A stretch of 40,015 nucleotides of DNA from a virus. Taxonomy: Duplodnaviria; Caudoviricetes. How positions within the stretch are numbered: the first letter of the stretch is position 1; every line of letters begins with the position of its first letter. A program made the position numbers and the translations under genes. Below the pieces are notes generated by a model. It was not told where the DNA came from. It was given only the letters and a program-made list of their open reading frames with translations, and ran no database searches. Of the stretch, positions 7,894 to 16,847 are shown piece after piece. The stretch covers positions 1 through 40,015 of IMG/VR virus record IMGVR_UViG_3300039066_000012. The stretch is one strand, 5' to 3'.

Positions 7894-9647
7894 TCTGCCT
7901 CGATACTGAAGTCTACAAAGACTATTTCCTGCTCATGGCCATGCACCTTGGCAGCGGCAAAATCGAAACATTTGAGATATACGAAGGCCACGTTGGCATT
8001 GACGGCATTCGCACGCTGATGACCCGCGATACGACCATTGGCTTCAACTCAATTAACTATGACCTTCCAATCATCTCCGCTGCCCTAAGCGGCAAGACGA
8101 ACCAAGAGATTAAGAACATCTCCGACAAGATCATTGTCGAGGGCCGTCGCCACTGGCAGCTTGGCATTAAGGTTCCACGCAACTGGGACCACATCGACCT
8201 TATCGAACTGGCTATCGGTCAAGCATCGCTGAAGATTTATGGTGGTCGGCTCCACGCCCCAAAGATGCAGGATTTGCCCATTGAGCCTGACGCCAGCATC
8301 AGCCCAGAGCAGAGGGCGCAGTTGCGCGAGTATTGCCGCAACGACCTTGAGATGACGGCTATCCTGTACAACAGCCTAAAGCCCCAGATCGCCTTGCGCG
8401 TGACGATGGGGGAGCAGTACGGTGTGGACTTGCGATCCAAGTCCGATGCGCAGATTGCAGAGGTCGTGATCGGCAGCGAGATAGAGCGCCTTGGGGGCTG
8501 CGCTGAGAAGCCTGTCATCAAGAAGGGTTATACCTTCCGCTACAACGACCCAGGCTTCATCAAGTTTGCCAGTGCGGACTTACAGGCCGTGTTTGAGCGC
8601 GTCCTCGCAACGGACTTCACGCTGTCGGCCAACGGCTCTGTGGAGATGCCTGAGTGGCTCAAGAGAGAACGCGTTACGATTGGCAACGCCCAGTATCAGA
8701 TGGGCATAGGCGGTCTGCACAGTTGCGAAAAGCGACAGTTCATTGAGGCCACATCTGACGAGGTCTTGGCCGAGTGGGACGTTGCCAGCTACTATCCGAA
8801 CATCATCCTTGGTCAGCGGCTCTCGCCTAAGCACCTTGGGGATGATTTCCTAAATGTGTTCCAGAGCATCGTGACGCGCCGCCTAGATGCCAAGCGCAGT
8901 GGCGACAAGGTGACAGCCGACGTTCTCAAGATCGTCGCAAATGGAAGCTTTGGGAAATTAGGCAGCAAATACAGTTACTTATACAGCCCCGACCTTATGC
9001 TACAAGTAACAATCTCAGGGCAGTTGGCCTTGCTGATGCTGATAGAGCGCATGGAGAACGCTGGGATTAAGGTTGTGAGCGCCAACACCGACGGTATCGT
9101 TCTGCATGCTCCCAAGGCGCTCAATGGCCCTATGGAGTGCATCGCTTGGGATTGGATGCTCGACACCAGCTATGAACTGGAGCGGACTAACTACCGCGCC
9201 ATTGCCAGTCGCGATGTCAACAACTATGTCGCGGTGATGCTGGACGGCAAGACCAAGGGCAAGGGGATATTTGCACCACCAAGTCTCGCCAAGAACCCAG
9301 ACTGCCAAATTGTCTATGACGCAGCCGCAGCACGCATCTCCAACGGGACGCCCATCGAACGGACCATTCGTAGGTGCGATGATATCCGACGCTTTGTGAC
9401 AGTGCGTAGGGTGACAGGCGGCGCGTTGTGGCGCGGGGAAAACATCGGCAAGGCGATCCGGTATTACTACGCCACAAGCGTGCCGTCTGAAGAAACGATC
9501 CGTTACGTCAAGAACGGCAACAAGGTTCCAATGTCAGAAGGCACAAGGCCGCTGATGCAGTTGCCGGATGCTTTTCCAAACGATGTGGACTATGATGTTT
9601 ACTTAGTCGCGGCTGAAAGGTTATTGTGCGAGGTCGGTTATTTATGA
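7890..9647 (+). CDS. DNA polymerase, family-B-type motifs with N-terminal 3'-5' exonuclease
   Basis: DTE and FNSINYD exo motifs; DVASYYP, KIVANGSFGK, NTDG polymerase motifs; GGAGG RBS before ATG 7890. Confidence 0.9.
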   Translation: MICLDTEVYKDYFLLMAMHLGSGKIETFEIYEGHVGIDGIRTLMTRDTTIGFNSINYDLPIISAALSGKTNQEIKNISDKIIVEGRRHWQLGIKVPRNWDHIDLIELAIGQASLKIYGGRLHAPKMQDLPIEPDASISPEQRAQLREYCRNDLEMTAILYNSLKPQIALRVTMGEQYGVDLRSKSDAQIAEVVIGSEIERLGGCAEKPVIKKGYTFRYNDPGFIKFASADLQAVFERVLATDFTLSANGSVEMPEWLKRERVTIGNAQYQMGIGGLHSCEKRQFIEATSDEVLAEWDVASYYPNIILGQRLSPKHLGDDFLNVFQSIVTRRLDAKRSGDKVTADVLKIVANGSFGKLGSKYSYLYSPDLMLQVTISGQLALLMLIERMENAGIKVVSANTDGIVLHAPKALNGPMECIAWDWMLDTSYELERTNYRAIASRDVNNYVAVMLDGKTKGKGIFAPPSLAKNPDCQIVYDAAAARISNGTPIERTIRRCDDIRRFVTVRRVTGGALWRGENIGKAIRYYYATSVPSEETIRYVKNGNKVPMSEGTRPLMQLPDAFPNDVDYDVYLVAAERLLCEVGYL

Positions 9648-9913
9648 CACTAGAACGAGATATTGAAGGCAAAGTTGTAGACATCGCCAAGAAGAATGGC
9701 TGGTTGTCGTTCAAGTTCGTGTCACCAGCCCAGCGCGGTGTGCCGGATCGCATCTTCATGAAGAGCGGGCGGATACTGTTCATTGAGTTTAAGGCTCCAG
9801 GGAAGCAACCCACACCACTTCAAGACCACATTATCCGCAAGATGGTTGACGCGGGCTGTGAAGTCCATGTGTGCGACAGCGTAGAGGAAGCCTGCCGTGC
9901 GTTATCGATATGA
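9644..9913 (+). CDS. VRR-NUC nuclease
   Basis: ERDIE, KFVSP..RGVPDRI, FIEFKAPG. Confidence 0.92.
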   Translation: MTLERDIEGKVVDIAKKNGWLSFKFVSPAQRGVPDRIFMKSGRILFIEFKAPGKQPTPLQDHIIRKMVDAGCEVHVCDSVEEACRALSI

Positions 9914-11246
9914 CCTTCACGAATACCAGAATAAAACCATAGAGTTTATTTTAGAAAAGAAGCGCTGCGCCCTTTGGTTATTTATGGGCGCTGGCAAGAC
10001 GACCTCGACGCTCACAGCCGTAAGCGACCTACGCGACTCGTTTGCTGTCGATAAGGTTCTTGTCATTGCGCCTTTGCGCGTGGCGAACACCGTATGGAAG
10101 CAGGAAGCGGCCCAGTGGCATCATCTAAAGCATCTGGACGTCGGTATTGTCACAGGCACTGAGCGCAATCGCATGAGCGTTTTGCAGCGCGATGCGGATG
10201 TTTACGTCATCAACCGCGAGAACGTCGAGTGGCTGGTCAATCACTACAAAAAGAAGTGGCCCTTCGACTGTGTCGTGATCGACGAAAGCAGTTCGTTCAA
10301 GAATGCCACCAGCAAGCGGTTCAAGGCGCTCAAAAAGATATTGCCAATGACTGAATACATGGTCTTGCTGACTGGTACGCCAAGCCCCAACGGCCTGCTC
10401 GACCTGTGGCCCCAGACGTATCTTATCGACCAGGGTGAGGCACTGGGCCGCACAATGACGGCGTTCAAGCAGCGGTACTTTGAGACTGACTACATGGGGT
10501 ACAAACACACGCCCCGTACCGGATCGGCTGAGCGCATTTACGAACTGCTTGCGCCCATGACCATTTCGATGTCGGCAGAGGACTATTTGGAATTGCCGGA
10601 TCGCATTGACCTAATCGAAAGCGTCGAGTTGGCCCCTGCTGCACTGAAGGCATACCAAGTGTTCGAGGACACGTTGCTGGCGCAGTTGCCTGACGGCGAG
10701 ATGGTCGAGGCCATGAACGCCGCTGTCCTTGCCAACAAGCTGCTACAGTATGCCAACGGGGCGCTTTACACTGACACACTTGGTAACTGGTCAGAGGTCC
10801 ACAGCACCAAGCTGGACGCCCTTGTTGACTTAGTCGAGCAGAACAGCAACGAGAATTTGCTTGTAGCTTATAATTATAAGTCCGATCTAGAGCGCATCCA
10901 GAAGAAGTTCCCCTATGCGCGGACGCTTGACAAAGACCCACAGACGGTGGTCGATTGGAACGCAGGCCGCATTAAAATGCTGTTGGCCCATCCTGCCAGT
11001 GCGGGGCATGGCCTAAATCTTCAGCGTGGTGGGTCGATGATTATCTGGTTCTCATTGAACTGGTCTTTGGAGTTATATCAACAGTTTAACGCCCGCCTGC
11101 ATAGGCAAGGGCAGGATAAACCTGTGCGCATTGTACATATGGTGGTAAATAAATCCCTTGACTTGCGGGTCATGGATGTATTAGCTGGCAAAGACAGGAG
11201 CCAAGCGGCCCTGCTCAACGCATTAAAACCAAAATCAAAAGGATAA
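9897..11246 (+). CDS. SNF2-family helicase
   Basis: MGAGKT, IDESS, LTGTP, SAGHGLNLQ, QFNARLHRQGQ. Confidence 0.93.
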   Translation: MRYRYDLHEYQNKTIEFILEKKRCALWLFMGAGKTTSTLTAVSDLRDSFAVDKVLVIAPLRVANTVWKQEAAQWHHLKHLDVGIVTGTERNRMSVLQRDADVYVINRENVEWLVNHYKKKWPFDCVVIDESSSFKNATSKRFKALKKILPMTEYMVLLTGTPSPNGLLDLWPQTYLIDQGEALGRTMTAFKQRYFETDYMGYKHTPRTGSAERIYELLAPMTISMSAEDYLELPDRIDLIESVELAPAALKAYQVFEDTLLAQLPDGEMVEAMNAAVLANKLLQYANGALYTDTLGNWSEVHSTKLDALVDLVEQNSNENLLVAYNYKSDLERIQKKFPYARTLDKDPQTVVDWNAGRIKMLLAHPASAGHGLNLQRGGSMIIWFSLNWSLELYQQFNARLHRQGQDKPVRIVHMVVNKSLDLRVMDVLAGKDRSQAALLNALKPKSKG

Positions 11247-11253
11247 AATTAAA

Positions 11254-11589
11254 ATGGACTCTAATCTAAAAGCTCAAATTCGTCACCTGTGTGGCTATAT
11301 CAAAGACCGATCAGCGGTCCTCAATTATGTGAATCGCGAAAACAATCTGCGCCTCACGCTCAAAGACATTGAGGCTGTTATGGCTAAGGTGCCGCGCGAA
11401 AGACGCGCCAACCTCAAGCCCCTGCGCTCTTGCCCTCCAATTCGCACGCACAAGGGTCGTGGTTATGACCCATTGGCACGTGCGCTGTTTCAATACCATG
11501 CTGATCGCACCACGGGTGCAGAGCATGAGTTCTGGTTGTCCCGGCTGCTTTCGCCCAAGGGTCGCCGTCGCAGCAAAGTTTCTGTTTGA
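11254..11589 (+). CDS. Hypothetical protein
   Basis: AAGGA RBS; fills the gap in the operon. Confidence 0.7.
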   Translation: MDSNLKAQIRHLCGYIKDRSAVLNYVNRENNLRLTLKDIEAVMAKVPRERRANLKPLRSCPPIRTHKGRGYDPLARALFQYHADRTTGAEHEFWLSRLLSPKGRRRSKVSV

Positions 11590-11614
11590 CAAGCACATTG
11601 CTTGGGGATAAGTT
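11586..11614 (+). promoter_or_regulatory. Promoter TTGACA-N17-TAAGTT
   Basis: Consensus -35 and 17-bp spacer ahead of the small-gene cluster. Confidence 0.6.
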
Positions 11615-11643
11615 GCACATATTAGCAATAAGGAGTAAATCAA

Positions 11644-11832
11644 ATGACATTAATTGAACTTAGAAACGTTGTCGCCGATCGCGTTGAGATGACGCACGGC
11701 AACGTAGAATTTATCCGTCAGATTAGAAATGGCGACCAAGACGATGGCCCATTTATAGTTGGTGCTTTGGCAGTTTGGGCCAAGTTTATGGAAGGGCTTC
11801 AGCCAGCGCCGGAGGAATTGGCAGATGATTAA
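11644..11832 (+). CDS. Hypothetical protein
   Basis: Strong TAAGGAG RBS. Confidence 0.8.
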   Translation: MTLIELRNVVADRVEMTHGNVEFIRQIRNGDQDDGPFIVGALAVWAKFMEGLQPAPEELADD

Positions 11833-12037
11833 GCCAGCACAAGCAGCCCCTGTGGGCAAAGCCTATCGCGTATCATCTGACAGCGCATGGCCTTTGCGCG
11901 GTGCGGACGGCAAGACCTTTGCAGAGCGCCGTATGTCATGTACCCACAGCTATGCGTACACCAGTGGCATAGGCATGGGCCATGCGCTTTATCGCTGCAC
12001 TTTGTGCGGTGATACTTACGAAAAGGACGTATCGTGA
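11825..12037 (+). CDS. Hypothetical protein with C-terminal Cys/His motif
   Basis: GGAGG RBS before MIKPAQAAP; CTH...CTLC. Confidence 0.7.
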   Translation: MIKPAQAAPVGKAYRVSSDSAWPLRGADGKTFAERRMSCTHSYAYTSGIGMGHALYRCTLCGDTYEKDVS

Positions 12038-12111
12038 CCCTACGCCAGTTCCTGTTCGACAATTTCGGCTGGGACATTTATGACTGGGCCGATGATGAGA
12101 TTAGGTTTTAA
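12034..12111 (+). CDS. Micro-ORF MTLRQFLFDNFGWDIYDWADDEIRF (25 aa)
   Basis: GTGA start/stop overlap, AAGGA RBS; not in the ORF track. Confidence 0.55.
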   Translation: MTLRQFLFDNFGWDIYDWADDEIRF

Positions 12112-12123
12112 GGAGCAAAGCAA

Positions 12124-12480
12124 ATGACAGACATTGAAGCAAAAGCCTTGGCGCTGGTGAAGGCGGTGCTGACCGAACGCAACCTAAGCGACAAACGCGC
12201 AGTGCGCCGTGAGGTTTCCCCGTATACCGAAGCGCTATGCCGCGCCATCGAACAGCACGAAGCCTTTAAGCAAGAGGTGAGCGATGCTGTAGAGGAAGCC
12301 ATTGACAGGGGGTTCTACGCACAAGCACTTCAATCCCTCATCATCCCCGCGCCCAAGCCTGACCCGCTGGTGGAGGCGATGGCCGATTGCGGCGTTGACC
12401 GCTTTGAAAGTTGGGCTGACCAACTCCGCGCCGCACTGGAAGCCCGTGGTCTGGAGATAAGGGAGAAGAACGGTGACTGA
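12124..12480 (+). CDS. Hypothetical protein
   Basis: TAAGGAG RBS. Confidence 0.8.
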   Translation: MTDIEAKALALVKAVLTERNLSDKRAVRREVSPYTEALCRAIEQHEAFKQEVSDAVEEAIDRGFYAQALQSLIIPAPKPDPLVEAMADCGVDRFESWADQLRAALEARGLEIREKNGD

Positions 12481-12799
12481 CGACAATTTCCAGAACCTTT
12501 CACTAAATGAAAGTTTCGAGCGCGTTGCAAAGGTGGCTGAAGAACGCGCAGCATTTAACGAGCAACTGACAGACCATCAGCGAGGACGCGCTGGCAGGGA
12601 TTACACTTGCACTTGTGGTTATGATGAGGTCAGAGACAATCGCCTTGAAGCCCAAGCGGCAGAGATTGAGCGGCTACGGGAGGCTTTGCGGTTCTATGCC
12701 GATGCTAAGAACTGGGCATATGTAAAGTCTGCTGGGTGCAACTGTATTGATGCTGATGGTGGCGACACCGCCCGCGCAGCACTGGAGCAAACCAAATGA
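12473..12799 (+). CDS. Hypothetical protein (AEIERLREAL...ARAAL type)
   Basis: GGAG RBS; coiled-coil motif common in phage accessory proteins. Confidence 0.75.
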   Translation: MTDDNFQNLSLNESFERVAKVAEERAAFNEQLTDHQRGRAGRDYTCTCGYDEVRDNRLEAQAAEIERLREALRFYADAKNWAYVKSAGCNCIDADGGDTARAALEQTK

Positions 12800-12984
12800 T
12801 GATTGATATAAAGCTAGATATAAATCAGCTAGACGACATTGTCCGCATATGGCTGAAGGAGACACTCAAGACGGTCGAGGGTAACCTCACCTATCACTAC
12901 GTCCATCCCGACGACGTTAAGCAATACAGGAAAGACATCAAGGCGTTGAAGCGGATCTTGGACTATATAGGGGAAGGCGAATGA
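12796..12984 (+). CDS. Hypothetical protein
   Basis: ATGA overlap, GGAG RBS. Confidence 0.75.
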   Translation: MMIDIKLDINQLDDIVRIWLKETLKTVEGNLTYHYVHPDDVKQYRKDIKALKRILDYIGEGE

Positions 12985-13049
12985 TCCGCCGCATCATTGA
13001 CTGGATCATAGCCCGCCTGTCCGAAGGCGTTACGGATTGTGAGCAGTAA
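12981..13049 (+). CDS. Micro-ORF MIRRIIDWIIARLSEGVTDCEQ (22 aa)
   Basis: ATGA overlap, GGGGAAGG RBS; amphipathic helix. Confidence 0.45.
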   Translation: MIRRIIDWIIARLSEGVTDCEQ

Positions 13050-13138
13050 CCTTGCCAACATCCAACGCCCAAGCGGCGGAGATTGAGCGGTTGCGGGGCT
13101 TGTTGGGTGCCCTTGCGTTACAGGAGAATGGTAAATGA
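13039..13138 (+). pseudogene. Frameshifted remnant of an AQAAEIERLR-type gene
   Basis: 13067-13097 matches 12650-12680 at 28/31 nt but is out of frame with the GTG at 13039. Confidence 0.4.
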
Positions 13139-13302
13139 TACATCCAAAAGGATCGCTAGAGTTGGGCGAAGTAGCTACCATGCCAGCGGCACGGCGAACG
13201 AATCGCAAGGTCTCGCGCTACGGCATACACAAGGGGCTATCATTTAAATGCCCCACTGTAGAAGGCGTGACATTCATTACTAGGTTAGGAGAAAGCAAAT
13301 GA
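13135..13302 (+). CDS. Hypothetical protein (55 aa, MIHPKGSLELGEVATMP...)
   Basis: AGGAG RBS; ATGA overlaps at both ends; not in the ORF track. Confidence 0.65.
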   Translation: MIHPKGSLELGEVATMPAARRTNRKVSRYGIHKGLSFKCPTVEGVTFITRLGESK

Positions 13303-14477
13303 CACCTTTAAAAATAGATGAGAACCTTTATCGATATTGCACGCCACGCCAAAAGGAGGTCTTGGAGACCATAGAGCGCCTTGGTAGTGCAAGGGCGGCA
13401 TCAGTCGCACTAGGCATGAACAAAGGCAGCGCAAGCGATGCATTCTTGGCCGTTCAGAAAAAGGCCGCAAAGATGGGTTATGCCCCAGAGCATGACTTCA
13501 CACGGCCTGTACCAGACGGCTTCACTGCGAAGGGTGTCTCAACCTACTACAACAAGGAAGGTAAGCCCACAGCACAGTGGGTCAAGGCCTCTATTGATAA
13601 CGAGCGTCAGCAGGAGCTTATGGCGGCAGCAGTCGCAGCGATGTGTGAAGACATTAAGCCAGTTGCTCCGGTTGGATCGCCCACGGCCTCGCTTGACCAG
13701 TTGCTTACGCAATACACCTTTACGGATTTCCACTTAGGTGCTCTTTGCTGGCATCGTGAAGGCGGTGCGGATTGGGATGTACAGATCGCATATGAGACCG
13801 GCATTGGCGTAATGAAAATGCTTGTCGAAGGTGCGCCTCAGTCCCGTTCGGCAGTTGTCAATATCCAAGGCGACTTCCTCCATGCGGACGGCATTTTACC
13901 AGTGACACCATCGCACGGTCACATTCTCGACGCTGACAGCCGCTTCGGCAAGGTCGTGGATGTCGCAATCAAACTGATCCGTCACCTGGTGGACATGGCG
14001 CTTCAAAAGCATGAAAACGTTACGCTCCTTATCTGTGAGGGGAACCACGACATTTCGTCATCCATCTGGCTGCGTAAAATGTTCGTGGCGCTTTATGAAA
14101 ATGAGCCTCGCGTATCGGTCAATGACAGCGATCTGCCGTATTATGTGATCGAGCACGGCAACACGATGCTTGCATATCACCACGGGCACCTCAAAAAGAA
14201 CGAAGGCCTGCCGCTGTTGTTTGCTGCACAGTTCGCTCCGCTTTGGGGCCGGACGACCAAACGCTATGCGAACTGTGGCCACCGTCACCATGCAGAGGAG
14301 AAGGAACATAGCGGGATGACCGTTATCCAGCATCCAACGCTTGCTGCACGTGATGCCTATGCTGCACGCGGTGGGTGGTTTGCAGAACGCGCAGCAACTG
14401 CTATAACGTTCCATAAGAAGTTCGGTCGCGTTGGCACAAACACGGCAACGCCAGAGATGCTGGAGGATGCGGAATGA
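13299..14477 (+). CDS. Calcineurin-like metallophosphoesterase with N-terminal HTH-like region
   Basis: DFH, GDFLH, GNHD, HHGH, GHRH metal-binding motifs. Confidence 0.85.
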   Translation: MTPLKIDENLYRYCTPRQKEVLETIERLGSARAASVALGMNKGSASDAFLAVQKKAAKMGYAPEHDFTRPVPDGFTAKGVSTYYNKEGKPTAQWVKASIDNERQQELMAAAVAAMCEDIKPVAPVGSPTASLDQLLTQYTFTDFHLGALCWHREGGADWDVQIAYETGIGVMKMLVEGAPQSRSAVVNIQGDFLHADGILPVTPSHGHILDADSRFGKVVDVAIKLIRHLVDMALQKHENVTLLICEGNHDISSSIWLRKMFVALYENEPRVSVNDSDLPYYVIEHGNTMLAYHHGHLKKNEGLPLLFAAQFAPLWGRTTKRYANCGHRHHAEEKEHSGMTVIQHPTLAARDAYAARGGWFAERAATAITFHKKFGRVGTNTATPEMLEDAE

Positions 14478-15079
14478 ACAAGGCATTTTTCGATAAGCTA
14501 CGCAGCGGTCTCATGGGGCCGCTGCTAGAGGAGGATGAGGTCTCCGGCACAACAGCAATTCTCAAGGCTATGGAGGGTCTCCCTACATCTTGGTGCGCCT
14601 ATGCCTTGGCGACTGCCTATCACGAAACAGCACATACTATGCAGCCCATCAAAGAGTTTGGTGGGCCTAAGTATTTTTTCCGCATGTATGATCCGCAAGG
14701 CGAACGCCCTGTGCTGGCAAAGCGCAATGGCAACATCTACCACGGCGATGGTGTTAAGTTTTGCGGGCGTGGCTACGTCCAGCTAACTTGGCGGGCGAAT
14801 TACAAACGCGCTGGGGACATTCTGAACGTGGACCTAGTGGGGAATCCTGACCTTGCCATGGACAAAGACATCGCGGCTCTCATCATGCGCAACGGCATGA
14901 AGGTTGGTTGGTTCACTGGCAAGTCGTTTGCCAACTATCTGCCATCGGACGGAGCGGCAACACGGGCGCACTTCCAAGCTGCGCGACGCATCATCAACGG
15001 CATCGATAAAGCCGATCTGATTGCTGGCTATGCAATGGAATTTCAAACCGCACTCAACATAGGGGATTGGCATGTATAG
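14474..15079 (+). CDS. Endolysin, glycoside hydrolase family 19-like
   Basis: LATAYHET, GRGYVQLTW..NY, ARRIING. Confidence 0.9.
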   Translation: MNKAFFDKLRSGLMGPLLEEDEVSGTTAILKAMEGLPTSWCAYALATAYHETAHTMQPIKEFGGPKYFFRMYDPQGERPVLAKRNGNIYHGDGVKFCGRGYVQLTWRANYKRAGDILNVDLVGNPDLAMDKDIAALIMRNGMKVGWFTGKSFANYLPSDGAATRAHFQAARRIINGIDKADLIAGYAMEFQTALNIGDWHV

Positions 15080-15326
15080 CTTATTGTTTACACCGGGTGG
15101 TCGCCGTGCCGCTGCGTTCTGCGCTCTAATGGGCGGCTGCATTATCATGACTATCTTTGCTGCGGTGGGGGTGTGGCTTGTCGCGGAAAACGCAAAGTAC
15201 AGCTTCTACCTAGCCTTGGCTGCGCATGTGCAAATACTACTTGGCCTGACTGCGTTTACTGCATTGTTTGTGAAGCGCACCATAAAGGCGGGCAGAGATG
15301 GGATTGAGATCACCGATGCTAACTAA
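15072..15326 (+). CDS. Putative holin (2 TM)
   Basis: Two hydrophobic segments and a charged tail; lies between endolysin and spanin. Confidence 0.6.
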   Translation: MYSLLFTPGGRRAAAFCALMGGCIIMTIFAAVGVWLVAENAKYSFYLALAAHVQILLGLTAFTALFVKRTIKAGRDGIEITDAN

Positions 15327-15804
15327 ATTCATTCCATGGCTGCGCCTAGCGCCATATGCCGGAATCGCCGTGTTTGCTCTTATTGCAGCAATCCAGTGGG
15401 GTGACGCACGCCACTGGGAGAAACGCTACATCGGCTCAGAGAAGGCGCACAGTGCCACCAAGGCTGCTTACACGGGCGCACAGATTGCTGCCAAAGAGAT
15501 CAACAAGGCCAAGGTCGCGCAGATTGAGCGCGAGTACGCCATCATTGCTGAGAAATCGGAGAAAGATTATGAAAAACGTATTGCTGATAACCGCGCTACT
15601 TTGCGTGAGTGGATGCGGAACCAAGCCCATCGAAGTGCTACCCAAAGCACCGGAGCAGGCGAAACCGCCCCAGTGCCCGGTGGAACTGTGCAAGGAGCCG
15701 AAACGGCCCTCGTTCCTGTTGCCGACCTCGAAATAATTGCTGACGCCTATGCGCAGCTGGATGCTTTACGGGCGTGGGCGTTAGGGGTTGGGAAAGTTAA
15801 GTAG
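15316..15804 (+). CDS. Rz: i-spanin (Rz-like)
   Basis: N-terminal TM followed by coiled coil; contains an embedded lipoprotein ORF. Confidence 0.8.
   Translation: MLTKFIPWLRLAPYAGIAVFALIAAIQWGDARHWEKRYIGSEKAHSATKAAYTGAQIAAKEINKAKVAQIEREYAIIAEKSEKDYEKRIADNRATLREWMRNQAHRSATQSTGAGETAPVPGGTVQGAETALVPVADLEIIADAYAQLDALRAWALGVGKVK
15569..15736 (+). CDS. Rz1: o-spanin lipoprotein (Rz1-like), embedded in the +1 frame
   Basis: GGAG RBS; MKNVLLITALLCVSG-C lipobox; Pro-rich mature part with two more Cys. Confidence 0.85.
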   Translation: MKNVLLITALLCVSGCGTKPIEVLPKAPEQAKPPQCPVELCKEPKRPSFLLPTSK

Positions 15805-15816
15805 TGAACCTTAATC

Positions 15817-15850
15817 TTTATGGGCTTGGTCAATAGGTCAAGCCCATAAA
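15817..15850. terminator. Bidirectional terminator between convergent operons
   Basis: 12-bp stem TTTATGGGCTTG/CAAGCCCATAAA. Confidence 0.7.
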
Positions 15851-16009
15851 CTAAAAATTATTTATGCCTTTTCTGGATAGCCTGCCGCACATAAATGCTG
15901 TTAATACAAAGGGTAAGAGCGCGGTGCTTGCGATAAATAGGATTGTGCCAAATGTCACCCATGCCGTGATCCAGAGCAGTGCGGCGATGAGTTCCAATAT
16001 ATCACGCAT
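15851..16009 (-). CDS. Small membrane protein (52 aa, MRDILELIAALLWITAWVTFG...)
   Basis: AGGA RBS; long hydrophobic stretch and basic tail; not in the ORF track. Confidence 0.5.
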   Translation of the reverse strand: MRDILELIAALLWITAWVTFGTILFIASTALLPFVLTAFMCGRLSRKGINNF

Positions 16010-16017
16010 GAAACATC

Positions 16018-16218
16018 CTATTCTTTTGGCAAACGTTTCCCTGCGAACCTTGCTTCAACCCAATCATATATACGTAGCGACATCCAAACTATCGTAAGAA
16101 GTGAGGCCAATGGTGGAAGTAACTGCGCCAACGTACCAAAAGCCGCTAAAGCAGCGGCACCATCAGCGATGTGCTTCACGTTGTCCTCCAAATGGTTCAT
16201 GATTGAATGGATGCTCAT
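16018..16218 (-). CDS. Small membrane protein, holin-like
   Basis: GAGGG RBS before MSIHSIMNH; LAQLLPPLASLLTIVWMSLRIY TM segment. Confidence 0.65.
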   Translation of the reverse strand: MSIHSIMNHLEDNVKHIADGAAALAAFGTLAQLLPPLASLLTIVWMSLRIYDWVEARFAGKRLPKE

Positions 16219-16223
16219 AACCC

Positions 16224-16550
16224 TCAACCCCAAGGCAGCGCGGGGTTGAGGATTGGCGGATTCTTTGCGTTTTCGATCTGCGTTGCAAGGTTCGCTTCGA
16301 TAGCGGCAACACCATCTTCGCCAAGTGCAGCGTGGACCCATCCGACAACTTGAGCCTTTGTCAGTTCAGCAAAAGGCGTGAAGGTCGCCTCTGGATCAAG
16401 CGTTAGGCCAACGGAGCCGTAGCTGTAGCCAACATACTCATCTTCAGTAGCCGTGACGCTCCAGTGTACGGTGAAGACAACATTCGTGCTGCCTTCGTAC
16501 TCAGGGTAGGCGTCCAGTTGGTTGACGTTCCAAGTGGTGGTAACAGTCAT
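16224..16550 (-). CDS. Tail fibre-associated protein
   Basis: NVVFTVHW, FTPFAELT..QVVGWV, LPW C-terminus, typical of genes following phage fibres. Confidence 0.7.
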   Translation of the reverse strand: MTVTTTWNVNQLDAYPEYEGSTNVVFTVHWSVTATEDEYVGYSYGSVGLTLDPEATFTPFAELTKAQVVGWVHAALGEDGVAAIEANLATQIENAKNPPILNPALPWG

Positions 16551-16551
16551 G

Positions 16552-16836
16552 TCAATTACTCCTGATGATCTTTACATTATTGTAGACGACGTAGGTGTAG
16601 GCCGCGCAGAGAACGACAAAGGGCCAATACTGACCATAGCCGTAGGCGACGTAAGTTGCGCCAATGACAACGACCATCTTGGCGATCAGCGCACCCATGA
16701 GGCCCAGCTTATCCATAAGGAAGGCCAGCACCGGGTTGCCCTCTGCCGCGTTAGCGATACGCTTCAAGGCTATGTAAGTTGTCACCGCGTCGGCTATGTT
16801 CAGCGCAGTAAGAATGAGCGCTAGTGCAATCAACAT
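16552..16836 (-). CDS. DUF5658-like membrane protein
   Basis: LNIADAVTT..L...EGNP motif; 3 hydrophobic segments. Confidence 0.75.
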   Translation of the reverse strand: MLIALALILTALNIADAVTTYIALKRIANAAEGNPVLAFLMDKLGLMGALIAKMVVVIGATYVAYGYGQYWPFVVLCAAYTYVVYNNVKIIRSN

Positions 16837-16847
16837 TATGCGGTTCC

